Source of the DNA: an uncultured Candidatus Saccharibacteria bacterium
Lineage (GTDB): Bacteria > Patescibacteriota > Minisyncoccia > Phycocordibacterales > EsbW-18
Direction: 5' to 3'
Assembly (NCBI GenBank): GCA_964478705.1
Contig: CAYZIR010000002.1
Location: 23,760 to 87,759 of the forward strand
Length of the DNA: 64,000 nucleotides
Made by a program: the position numbers and the translations under genes. The notes under the pieces are model-generated. The model was not told where the DNA came from and did not search any database. It saw only the letters and a program-made list of their open reading frames with translations. Shown here piece after piece: positions 29,170 through 36,669 of this stretch; position 1 is the first letter of the stretch, and each line of letters opens with the position of its first letter.

Positions 29170-29224
29170 TTGGCAGTACGAATGCAAGAGTGCATTCATG
29201 CTCTTTCCCAAACGGAGGTTCACA

Positions 29225-29509
29225 ATGACCACGAAGACCGAAGTGCCCGTCGCGATGATCACCCCCGCCACCGAAGGAAAGTGGAAGCTCGAAGGGTACG
29301 ACACCTTCGAAGGTGGTCCGGACGCGTACTATCCCATCGAGGGTGAGTACGATTCGCAGGCGGAGGCAGAAGCTGCCGCCAGCAAGCAACTTCAGAATCT
29401 TGAGAAGTCCCAGCCGAGCAGTTCCTCGGGTGGTCAGACCTTCCAAGGGATCCAAGATCGAATCTATACCGTGTCGCCGGACGGTACCCGTCGCCGTTTC
29501 ATCGGCTGA
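29225..29509 (+). CDS. hypothetical acidic protein
   Basis: Strong GGAGG SD; start trimmed from ORF 29198. Confidence 0.5.
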   Translation: MTTKTEVPVAMITPATEGKWKLEGYDTFEGGPDAYYPIEGEYDSQAEAEAAASKQLQNLEKSQPSSSSGGQTFQGIQDRIYTVSPDGTRRRFIG

Positions 29510-29543
29510 TCTTCCAGATCACAGACAAACCAAGGAGGAAGCC

Positions 29544-29870
29544 ATGTACGACGGATTCTATTGCCTTGTGAAGCATCAGGTCGCGGTGACGCCTCAGCTT
29601 CTCCGAAAGCTTCTCGAAAAAGCGCAAGTGATGGCGAGAACTCGGGAGAGCAGAAGCCACTTTCTCACTGAGGATGCCACCGGCGTCGTGACGACAGTCT
29701 ATCAGCACAACGTGATGGGCTCGATCGCCGGCATCCGCTTCGACGCCGAAGTGGAGAGCGATCTTGGCAAGGGTCACGTCGCTTTCCTCGTCGAGGAGAA
29801 TCATCTCGACGAAACAGACATGAGCACCTTGCGCTTCTTCAGGGTTCCCCAGGGAGCCTGGGTTCGCTAG
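29544..29870 (+). CDS. hypothetical protein
   Basis: AGGAGG SD 6 nt upstream; start trimmed from ORF 29313. Confidence 0.5.
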   Translation: MYDGFYCLVKHQVAVTPQLLRKLLEKAQVMARTRESRSHFLTEDATGVVTTVYQHNVMGSIAGIRFDAEVESDLGKGHVAFLVEENHLDETDMSTLRFFRVPQGAWVR

Positions 29871-29894
29871 ACTTATCCAACGGTTCATCACCGC

Positions 29895-29937
29895 ACCACC
29901 CGCGGAGGCCACGCCTTCTTGGGTGGTCTTTTTGTTT
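29895..29937 (+). terminator. rho-independent terminator
   Basis: ACCACCC...GGGTGGT stem followed by CTTTTTGTTT. Confidence 0.6.
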
Positions 29938-29957
29938 AGTTCAATATGCAGAGGAGC

Positions 29958-30227
29958 TTATTCTAAGTTTCTGCAGAAACCGAGAACCCTTGCACCGGTG
30001 TCGGTGAGGAGATGTTCAAGGGCAAGTCCGTTTCTCCGTTTTGTAATCAAACCAGCCAACGCAAGCTTCCGTAGGTGCTCAGATATCGTTCTGAAATCAC
30101 CTCGGAGTGTGTCGGCGATGTCGAGTCCTGATAGTTTTGGCCGGCGTTCAAGCACGAGCAATATGTTGAGTCGATGAATATTTGCACACCCCTTAAAAAT
30201 TCGTTCCAATTCTTTTTGGTTTTTCAT
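29958..30227 (-). CDS. ArsR/SmtB-family HTH transcriptional regulator
   Basis: 89-aa winged helix (NIHRLNILLVL...LSGLDIADTL...ISEHLRKL); TATACT -10 directly before the ATG, so leaderless. Confidence 0.75.
   Translation of the reverse strand: MKNQKELERIFKGCANIHRLNILLVLERRPKLSGLDIADTLRGDFRTISEHLRKLALAGLITKRRNGLALEHLLTDTGARVLGFCRNLE
29967..29980. promoter_or_regulatory. palindromic operator candidate copy 1, inside the 3' end of the arsR-like CDS
   Basis: Perfect 14-bp palindrome GTTTCTGCAGAAAC. Confidence 0.45.
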
Positions 30228-30246
30228 ACTAGTATAAATCTGCCTT

Positions 30247-30268
30247 CTTAGTTTCTGCAGAAGCTAAG
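30247..30268. promoter_or_regulatory. palindromic operator candidate copy 2, in the divergent promoter region
   Basis: 22-bp near-perfect palindrome CTTAGTTTCTGCAGAAGCTAAG. Confidence 0.55.
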
Positions 30269-30290
30269 AATACTCATTTGGGATAAAGGG

Positions 30291-30842
30291 GTGGTAAAAT
30301 GCGAGTCTATGAAAAAACCGACGCGTCAAAAACGAACAAAGATGGTTGTCGTCAACGACTCTATGCAAAAGGGCTATCGGTATGAGCTCGTAGAACCAAT
30401 CGGTAAAAATTTTGATCCCACATTCAAACCAGATCTGACGCCTAAAGAAATACTCAAGCTCGGCATCTTCGGCGGGCTTCACCTGAACGATTGCACAAAA
30501 GAGTTTCCGAAGAGCTGGTTTGCTGGCGTGCAGTTTTCAAGCACAGGAAAACACGAAGCGAAGCTAAACTATTTTGGTGTAAACGCGTCGCAATCATTGG
30601 CTGAATGGAAACGTAAGGGCTGGGTTTATAAAGATGACCCGCGAGGGTGGTTTCAGTGGTACTGTCGCTACTACATGGGTCGCCGTATCCCGAAAGAAGA
30701 CGCGCGACAAATCAAACGCTGGAAGGCAATCACTCGTCATATTGCCCAAATCAAACACAACTGCAGAGCGGGGGATATCATGTGTCGCCCCGTCCAACGC
30801 CAAGCGCTCCTCCACTGGGCATACGATTCACGAAAATTTTAA
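30291..30842 (+). CDS. hypothetical protein with a conserved W/Y/R-rich C-terminal block
   Basis: GTG start; GWFQWYCRYYMGRR...IKRWKAITRH block of unknown family. Confidence 0.45.
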   Translation: MVKCESMKKPTRQKRTKMVVVNDSMQKGYRYELVEPIGKNFDPTFKPDLTPKEILKLGIFGGLHLNDCTKEFPKSWFAGVQFSSTGKHEAKLNYFGVNASQSLAEWKRKGWVYKDDPRGWFQWYCRYYMGRRIPKEDARQIKRWKAITRHIAQIKHNCRAGDIMCRPVQRQALLHWAYDSRKF

Positions 30843-30855
30843 ACTTCTTAAGCAT

Positions 30856-30895
30856 TTGCACATTCTCAAGTTCTTAAGAACTTGAGAATGTGCAA
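30856..30895. repeat. 40-bp perfect palindrome
   Basis: ttgcacattctcaagttcttaagaacttgagaatgtgcaa; all 20 base pairs verified by hand. Confidence 0.9.
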
Positions 30896-30951
30896 GTGTG
30901 CTGTGAGAGGTTGGGCGGGTTTTCTGAGCTCTATTCAAGCCTATTTCTATT

Positions 30952-30973
30952 CTCTATTTCTGCAGAAACAGAG
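30952..30973. promoter_or_regulatory. palindromic operator candidate copy 3, upstream of gene 31081
   Basis: CTCTATTTCTGCAGAAACAGAG, with a perfect 12-bp core. Confidence 0.5.
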
Positions 30974-31080
30974 AAGCCTCTTTTGTTAATTCGCACCATT
31001 TCACATTCTTGTCTTTTTAAGTCCGAGGCGTATACTCGCGGGAGATTGAACCAACCGATAGACGGGAAAGGAGATGACTC

Positions 31081-31626
31081 ATGAAAGCGATCGTTGGATA
31101 CGATAGGGATTTTGGTGTGCAGTTCTTCCGTCGAACGTTCGCAGAACTAACATCACAAGGTATCGATCTGTGGAAAGCGATTACAGAGGAAGAGCGAGAA
31201 TACATCGCTCAAAGGCTCGGTGACACGCTGGTTTTGCATCCATATTCTAAACTAGGGTCACCCTGGATTTCAGACGATTTTAAGAAGCTTTTCAAAGATG
31301 GGAAGTACTGCGTCGATCGGGTGACACACGACCGTGCTGAACTCATGGCAAATCAAATTCTGATCTACCAAGGCATCGTCTCCCTGGGAGGAATCTGGAA
31401 ATTCAGAGATGGTCGTTCGACCGGTACGACTCGTGCTTTCTACGAAGACGTTGCGGCAAAGCTCTTTCGTATCGCTGCTCGGTGGCCTTATCTGAACTCC
31501 GACGAACGGAGGGTTCTGAATGAGGTGGGAGAACACACGAGCTTGTGGATTGATATCTTGGCTCAGGTGATGGGGAATGACTATCTCGAAGAACTCGGGA
31601 CAGGCAGTCCAATCGTTCTCGCCTGA
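31081..31626 (+). CDS. hypothetical protein
   Basis: AGGAG SD 8 nt upstream; terminator downstream. Confidence 0.55.
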   Translation: MKAIVGYDRDFGVQFFRRTFAELTSQGIDLWKAITEEEREYIAQRLGDTLVLHPYSKLGSPWISDDFKKLFKDGKYCVDRVTHDRAELMANQILIYQGIVSLGGIWKFRDGRSTGTTRAFYEDVAAKLFRIAARWPYLNSDERRVLNEVGEHTSLWIDILAQVMGNDYLEELGTGSPIVLA

Positions 31627-31639
31627 TAGCAGTTCATAC

Positions 31640-31670
31640 TGGCTCCGCGCATATACCCGCGCGGGGTTTT
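31640..31670 (+). terminator. rho-independent terminator
   Basis: CCGCGC-atataccc-GCGCGG followed by GGTTTTCTTATT. Confidence 0.55.
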
Positions 31671-31689
31671 CTTATTATCTACAACCTTT

Positions 31690-31724
31690 AAAAACAAAAC
31701 GGGTCCGCACAAACGTGCGAACCC
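31690..31724 (-). terminator. rho-independent terminator for minus-strand gene 31750..32283
   Basis: GGGTTCGCAC-gttt-GTGCGGACCC followed by GTTTTGTTTTT on the minus strand. Confidence 0.6.
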
Positions 31725-31749
31725 TGTGAAAACGATGGGGAAGAACAGA

Positions 31750-32283
31750 TCAGGCAGTGCGACCACGACAGATGTTGATCGTGTGCCGAACGTCACTCGC
31801 GTCGTACTCGTTGAATCTCTCTCCGGGGTCCTCTCCATCCTTGTAATGGATAGAAGAGATGCGTTTCGCGAATCGCTCGAGCGCCGGAACGTGTCGCTCG
31901 CTACCGATCTTCTCCATGATCTCGAGGATCAGAGCACGGTACGAACGATCCTCTCCTTCGAAGAACTCATCCCACTCGAGGATGCTCGCGATGCGGTCGG
32001 CATCTTCTTTGCCTACCGCTTCCTCGATAGCGACTAGCAGATGCAAGAAACCGTCGTCGGGTGTCTTCAGAATCAACACACCATTTTCACGCTCGTGTTC
32101 GATGAGCGAGAGAATCGCATCGATCGCACCGGGGAACTTGTTCGCCCTCAAGTGCATCGCGAGCCACTCACTCCTAGCAAGCTTGGCGCAGTAGTTGGAA
32201 AAACCGGGGCGACCCTGGATCACGTCGCACAAGACCACCCTAGCGGTCTCCAGGATCTCTTCCTTGCTCATCACTACTGGCAT
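31750..32283 (-). CDS. hypothetical protein
   Basis: AGGAG SD 7 nt upstream on the minus strand. Confidence 0.55.
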   Translation of the reverse strand: MPVVMSKEEILETARVVLCDVIQGRPGFSNYCAKLARSEWLAMHLRANKFPGAIDAILSLIEHERENGVLILKTPDDGFLHLLVAIEEAVGKEDADRIASILEWDEFFEGEDRSYRALILEIMEKIGSERHVPALERFAKRISSIHYKDGEDPGERFNEYDASDVRHTINICRGRTA

Positions 32284-32385
32284 GCTGTTCTCCTCTGGTT
32301 TGATGGTTGCCTAGGATATACTCTGAAGACAGAGTACCTTATTTACTGTGATATGTCAAATCGCACAATGAGAATAACAATTTAT

Positions 32386-32416
32386 ATCAAAAAAGACTCT
32401 GCGCGTGGCAGAGTCT
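32386..32416 (-). terminator. rho-independent terminator for minus-strand gene 32430..32747
   Basis: AGACTCTGC-cacgc-GCAGAGTCT followed by TTTTTTGAT on the minus strand. Confidence 0.6.
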
Positions 32417-32429
32417 CGTGGGTTTGTGT

Positions 32430-32747
32430 CTAGGGCGACGGACAGTTCTTTTCGAAGCAGATCGGCACTCCACTGTTTCGGAGTGCCCGAGCAATCGCGA
32501 CCATCGTCTCTTGGTGGCGATTGCACACCGCCGTGATGGTTTGTACGGAACCGGGCGAGCGAATCTCCATCCGCACGCCGGTCTTGATTTCACCGGTGAC
32601 CGCAAAAGCGAGCTTCACCTTCCGCTCGGGACACCGGCCGTTGACCTGTCTGATTGCGCCGGGCTTGATGCTAGCGACCCCCGGCACCTGTGCAGTGAGT
32701 TCTGCAACGTTCCTCGCGAATTCGGTTGTTTGGGAGTGCGCCCCCAT
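32430..32747 (-). CDS. hypothetical protein
   Basis: GGAGGA SD 4 nt upstream on the minus strand. Confidence 0.5.
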   Translation of the reverse strand: MGAHSQTTEFARNVAELTAQVPGVASIKPGAIRQVNGRCPERKVKLAFAVTGEIKTGVRMEIRSPGSVQTITAVCNRHQETMVAIARALRNSGVPICFEKNCPSP

Positions 32748-32879
32748 TAATCCTCCGGAGTAGTGGTGCGTCCGGAGCGATTATTACAGCCATGTCGATA
32801 TTTGTCAATCGTTCGCGATGAGTTGCTGTTTTATATGAAAATCCCGCCGTTGGCAAAAAAGCCTGGGCGGGAAGATGTC

Positions 32880-33254
32880 TCAGAGAACGATATCTTCGAG
32901 GAACTTGTCCGTCGTTCGAAGAAGGAGCTCGATATGATCCTTGCTCGCGAAAATCTGGTTTTCACCCTGGATTAGCCCAAAAATGTCGCACTTCAACTGA
33001 TCGAGAAGATGCGCGACGATTGCTTGAGCCAGCGGTGTTAGCCTGTACTTCTCGTACGAACCAACCTTGTGGACATCTCTCTCAGAGAAGAGTCGAGAAC
33101 TCCCATCTTGAGATCTTCCGTCGACGAGCACGGCTAGCTTCTCCCGCAACTGCCTCACGAATTCTGGGCAGAAACCATTGATGACTACGGAAGAAGTTCG
33201 CAGAGACGGGAGAGCCGGCGTGGGCACTGTGGCAGGCTTTCTTTTTTGCATCAC
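32880..33254 (-). CDS. hypothetical protein
   Basis: AGGAGA SD upstream on the minus strand; weak resemblance to wHTH proteins. Confidence 0.4.
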   Translation of the reverse strand: MMQKRKPATVPTPALPSLRTSSVVINGFCPEFVRQLREKLAVLVDGRSQDGSSRLFSERDVHKVGSYEKYRLTPLAQAIVAHLLDQLKCDIFGLIQGENQIFASKDHIELLLRTTDKFLEDIVL

Positions 33255-33376
33255 TTTCTCCTATCGGTTATTACTCCACGAAGAAAGTACTGTATATTTT
33301 ATATGAAGTCAATACACTCACGCTGATGCACCATAGGTCATTGAAATTTCATAAAAAACTGTCATAATAGTCGCCT

Positions 33377-34468
33377 ATGGCAAAGGACTACTACTCCATT
33401 CTCGGCGTTTCAAAGAGTGCTTCAAAAGACGACATCAAAAAAGCATTTCGAACACTCGCGCACAAATACCATCCCGATAAAAAAGGTGGGGATGAAGCAA
33501 AATTTAAGGAAATCAACGAGGCGTACGGTGTTCTTTCCGATGATTCAAAACGTAAACAGTACGATTCATTCGGCAGTGCTGGACCTGGCATGGGTGGTGC
33601 AGGGTTTGACCCGCGTGGGTTCGGTGGCTTCGCGAATGGCCAAGGGTTTGATTTTTCTGGGTTCGCCGGAGCCGAAAACGGTTTTTCATTCGATCTCGGT
33701 GATATTTTCGGTGATATTTTCGGCGGTCGTGGAGGTGGTCGGGTTCGCCGTGGGCGGGACATCTCGATAGACATCGAACTCGACTTTAAAGATTCTATCT
33801 TTGGTACTACGCGGAATGTTTTGGTAAAGAAAGCAAATCTCTGTGGCACGTGTAAGGGTTCGGGTGGCGAGCCGGGAAGCCAGATGAAAAAATGTGAGAC
33901 GTGCAATGGTCAAGGTAAAATTTCTGAAACACGTTCTTCGTTGTTCGGTAACTTTTCGACCACCACCACGTGCGCTACGTGTAACGGTCGCGGAGAAACC
34001 CCACTAACACAGTGTTCAACATGTAAAGGTGCCGGCATTGTGAAAGAAGAAAAAGATATTCGTATTGCAATTCCTGCAGGCATCGAAAACGGTGAAATGA
34101 TTCGTTTGACGGGAGCTGGTGAAGCGATTCAGCACGGTTCTGCGGGCGACCTCTATGTAAAAATTCACGTAAAGGCGCACAAGATTTTCGAAAAAGAGGG
34201 ATTTGATTTGGTCACCTACCTCCCCATAAAAATTTCTGAAGCGGTGCTGGGAACAACGAAAAAACTTGAAACACTTGAAGGCGTCGAAGAAATTGTTATT
34301 CCGTCGGGTTCAAAAGATGGTCATGAAATAAGAATCCGCGGAAAAGGTGTACCCGCAAGTGGTGGGAAGCGGGGGAATCTCCGTGTTGTACTCGAGTTGG
34401 AAATCCCTCAAAAGCTCTCGAAGAGCGAACGCGAGTTGTTTGAAAAGCTTAAGGAACAGGGGATGTAG
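33377..34468 (+). CDS. dnaJ: chaperone DnaJ
   Basis: J-domain HPD, G/F-rich region, four CxxCxGxG zinc-finger repeats; TGTCATAAT -10 element 8 nt upstream. Confidence 0.9.
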   Translation: MAKDYYSILGVSKSASKDDIKKAFRTLAHKYHPDKKGGDEAKFKEINEAYGVLSDDSKRKQYDSFGSAGPGMGGAGFDPRGFGGFANGQGFDFSGFAGAENGFSFDLGDIFGDIFGGRGGGRVRRGRDISIDIELDFKDSIFGTTRNVLVKKANLCGTCKGSGGEPGSQMKKCETCNGQGKISETRSSLFGNFSTTTTCATCNGRGETPLTQCSTCKGAGIVKEEKDIRIAIPAGIENGEMIRLTGAGEAIQHGSAGDLYVKIHVKAHKIFEKEGFDLVTYLPIKISEAVLGTTKKLETLEGVEEIVIPSGSKDGHEIRIRGKGVPASGGKRGNLRVVLELEIPQKLSKSERELFEKLKEQGM

Positions 34469-34490
34469 CGACACAACAAAATAATTCTTA

Positions 34491-36278
34491 ATGAAACAAA
34501 CTTTTGCAACAATTGTTCGGGCATGCAAACTTGCGTGGGGCGCCACTCCATGGACGTCATTCATTTTGATCGTACTCCATGCGCTCATAGCACTCCTTCC
34601 GTTGGTGCAAGCAAAAGTAACGGGGTCTGTCATCGACTCGGTTGTTTCCTCACTTTCGCACGGCGTCGGTGTCCCTGTCATGCTTGTTGCTCTCTACGGT
34701 ATCGTGTGGGTGACAACGCGCCTCGCTCAAGCGGTGCGTGGTTTTTTCGACAAGCGCTGGCATTTGAGTGCTCAGGATGAGGTTGATATGACCGTGATGC
34801 GTGCGCGCACCAAAATTGATCTTGCACACCATGAAAACGCTGAGTTCCAAAACTTGATGACGCGTGCCTTTAACCGGAGCAACTTTCCCATCATCACGCT
34901 TGCCGATATTCAGTTCGACAACATCGGATTGATTATCGGTATCATCGGTTCGGCAGCACTCGCACTCTCATATCCGCTCATCTTCGTCATCGTCGTCGGA
35001 AGCCTCATTCCATCATTCATGGTTGAGGTTCGCTACGGCAACAAAAAATGGAACATTTGGTCTGAAAACAGCCCTCGTCAGCGCATGTACGGCACAATCA
35101 GAGGCCACATCAACGGCAAAATCGGCATCATTCAAACGAAGATGCTCCAAGCGGCCGACAACTTGATTGAGCGAGCACGTGGCATTCTTGCATCATTTAG
35201 AGAGGAGCAGTTCAAGGTTGATCGCGCTGACTTCACATGGAGAGTCGTCGCATCGTTGATTGGTGCTGTCGGTGTGGGCACAGCCTTTTACCTCATCGTG
35301 CAAAGTGTCATCCGAGGAGAAGCAGGCGTTGGTGACATCGTATTCTTGACGGGCGTTCTTGCACAATTCGCGGGTTTGAGCACCAATCTTCTTTCAAGCA
35401 TCGCTCGAATGTATGAATCGACCCTCTATGCAAAGGATATTTTTTCAGTACTCGATACGAAGCCAGCAATTGCTGTTTCTGCTCATCCGGTTGCACTCAA
35501 TCTCACCTCAGCGCCCACAATCGAATTCAAAAACGTCTCGTTTAAATACACGGGTTCTGAGGTATGGGCAATCAAAGATGTATCGCTCACCATCAAGCCT
35601 GGAGAAAAGCTCGCACTCGTCGGTGAGAACGGAGCAGGGAAGACGACACTTTTGAAACTTCTCTCACGCATCTATGATCCGACCGAGGGTGAGATTTTGG
35701 TTAACGGCATTTCGCTTCGTGATATTCATCCGGACGAATGGGGCTCGTACCTCGCAATCTTGCTTCAAGACTACCGTATCCATGAATTCAGCGTGGCAGA
35801 ATCAATCGCGATGGGACGCCCTGATGGAGAAGTCTCTCAAGCACGAGCGAAGCAAGCAGCCGAGCTCGCGGGAGCGCACGAATTCATTACCGAGCTAGCT
35901 GATGGGTATGAGGCGCAAATCGGACGAGAGTTCGCGAACGGTATCGAACTTTCAAAAGGTCAGGAGCAACGTGTAGCACTTGCACGCACACTCTACCGCG
36001 AAGGGTTCGTTGTTATTCTCGATGAGCCGACCGCATCGGTTGACTCAATTGCCGAAGAGCGATTCTTCAATCAGATTGAGCAGGCGGTATCAGAGAAAAC
36101 ACTCCTCTTGATTTCGCATCGCTTCAATACCGTACACGGCGCAGACCGTATCGCGGTCTTTGATCACGGCACGCTGGTCGAGCTCGGTTCGCACCATGAC
36201 CTCTTGAACAAGAAGGACGGCCACTACAAGAAAATGTGGGAAAGTCAGGCAAAATCCTACGTTGAGGCCATTTCATAA
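34491..36278 (+). CDS. ABC transporter permease/ATP-binding protein (exporter type)
   Basis: Six-TM N-terminal domain; Walker A GENGAGKTT, signature LSKGQEQR, Walker B ILDEPT. Confidence 0.85.
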   Translation: MKQTFATIVRACKLAWGATPWTSFILIVLHALIALLPLVQAKVTGSVIDSVVSSLSHGVGVPVMLVALYGIVWVTTRLAQAVRGFFDKRWHLSAQDEVDMTVMRARTKIDLAHHENAEFQNLMTRAFNRSNFPIITLADIQFDNIGLIIGIIGSAALALSYPLIFVIVVGSLIPSFMVEVRYGNKKWNIWSENSPRQRMYGTIRGHINGKIGIIQTKMLQAADNLIERARGILASFREEQFKVDRADFTWRVVASLIGAVGVGTAFYLIVQSVIRGEAGVGDIVFLTGVLAQFAGLSTNLLSSIARMYESTLYAKDIFSVLDTKPAIAVSAHPVALNLTSAPTIEFKNVSFKYTGSEVWAIKDVSLTIKPGEKLALVGENGAGKTTLLKLLSRIYDPTEGEILVNGISLRDIHPDEWGSYLAILLQDYRIHEFSVAESIAMGRPDGEVSQARAKQAAELAGAHEFITELADGYEAQIGREFANGIELSKGQEQRVALARTLYREGFVVILDEPTASVDSIAEERFFNQIEQAVSEKTLLLISHRFNTVHGADRIAVFDHGTLVELGSHHDLLNKKDGHYKKMWESQAKSYVEAIS

Positions 36279-36340
36279 GGATTTTTGGGCAAATTGATGG
36301 GGGAGTTGCTTTTCTTGTTAAACGTGCTATTATTCTTCTC

Positions 36341-36640
36341 GGAAGTTAGAGTGTTCTTTTGGGTTGACTAAGGCTCTATCGCGAGGAATCGGCACAGGGG
36401 GTGCTTGAGACCGCGATATACCGTGTGGCGACCATGCATGCAGTGGAGCGACGACTACCTCCGGTCTTCGGTCTCCTGTTCCATGAAGCAATCGCCCTGT
36501 CATTCCTGGTTGTTAAGACCTGGAGTGCGACGCCGAAAAAACCCATCCGGAAGTTCACTGTAACTTCCCCCATCAATGAGCGAAATAGCGAGATGTCCCC
36601 CTCGCTATCGAACTCCTCTTGGTGGGGCTTTTTTTATACA
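36341..36640 (+). ncRNA. candidate structured non-coding RNA or cis-leader of unknown class
   Basis: TGCTATTAT -10 element at 36325; about 300 nt with several hairpins (GGAAGTT-cactgt-AACTTCC, ATAGCGAG/CTCGCTAT); ends GGTGGGGCTTTTTTT; no convincing ORF. Confidence 0.3.
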
Positions 36641-36669
36641 AAACAGGCTCGCTGTGCTATATTTTTTCC

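Noticed and set aside
30856-30895. The 40-bp palindromes as HspR HAIR or HrcA CIRCE heat-shock operators
   Set aside because: HAIR is CTTGAGT-N7-ACTCAAG and CIRCE is TTAGCACTC-N9-GAGTGCTAA. The palindromes here have CTCAAG...CTTGAG in the opposite arm order and are not located at chaperone promoters.
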